Positions 63,991-64,000 of a DNA stretch of 64,000 nt are shown one piece after another. Positions within the stretch are counted from its first letter, which is position 1, and every line of letters starts with the position of its first letter. The stretch comes from Nostoc sp. (GTDB taxonomy: Bacteria; Cyanobacteriota; Cyanobacteriia; Cyanobacteriales; Nostocaceae). The translations under genes and the position numbers were made by a program. The stretch covers positions 128,001 through 192,000 of the forward strand of contig JBALDB010000053.1 in the NCBI GenBank assembly GCA_036918135.1. The letters are read 5' to 3'. The notes beneath the pieces were generated by a model. The model searched no databases. It was not told the origin of the DNA and worked only from the letters and a program-made list of their open reading frames with translations.

Positions 63991-64000
63991 TGTTTGCCCC

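Overview
Chromosomal window from a filamentous cyanobacterium, most likely Nostoc-like. This rests on abundant HIP1 (GCGATCGC) sites, heptamer STRR tracts, small dispersed repeats, and the genes psb29, ndhS, a cpcT-family lyase and a cytochrome c6-like protein. Most of the window is housekeeping: cysE, hrcA, yebC, ubiH-like, slt, tex, tldD/pmbA, pyrB, mgtE, exbBD, hemF, apbC, rodA, uxs/ugd, cinA. Accessory material is interspersed: a ParA-ATPase + HEPN two-gene cassette, a lipid-linked-sugar module (SMR flippase pair, FAD oxidoreductase, GT2) behind a ~2 kb non-coding region, a membrane patatin, a di-heme CCP/MauG-family enzyme, and a small hydrophobic partner gene ahead of a truncated CHAT-like gene. 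There are four gene remnants (dapF, ATPase/TPR fusion scar, Uma2, GH15/phosphorylase-kinase-like) and two small proteins missing from the ORF track. The best candidates for undescribed biology are the ParA-HEPN cassette, a uORF/anti-Shine-Dalgarno leader in front of mgtE, the glycosylation module and a secreted His/Lys-rich 58-aa peptide. I saw no tRNA, rRNA, CRISPR array or intact transposase. All family assignments come from motif recognition, not database searches.
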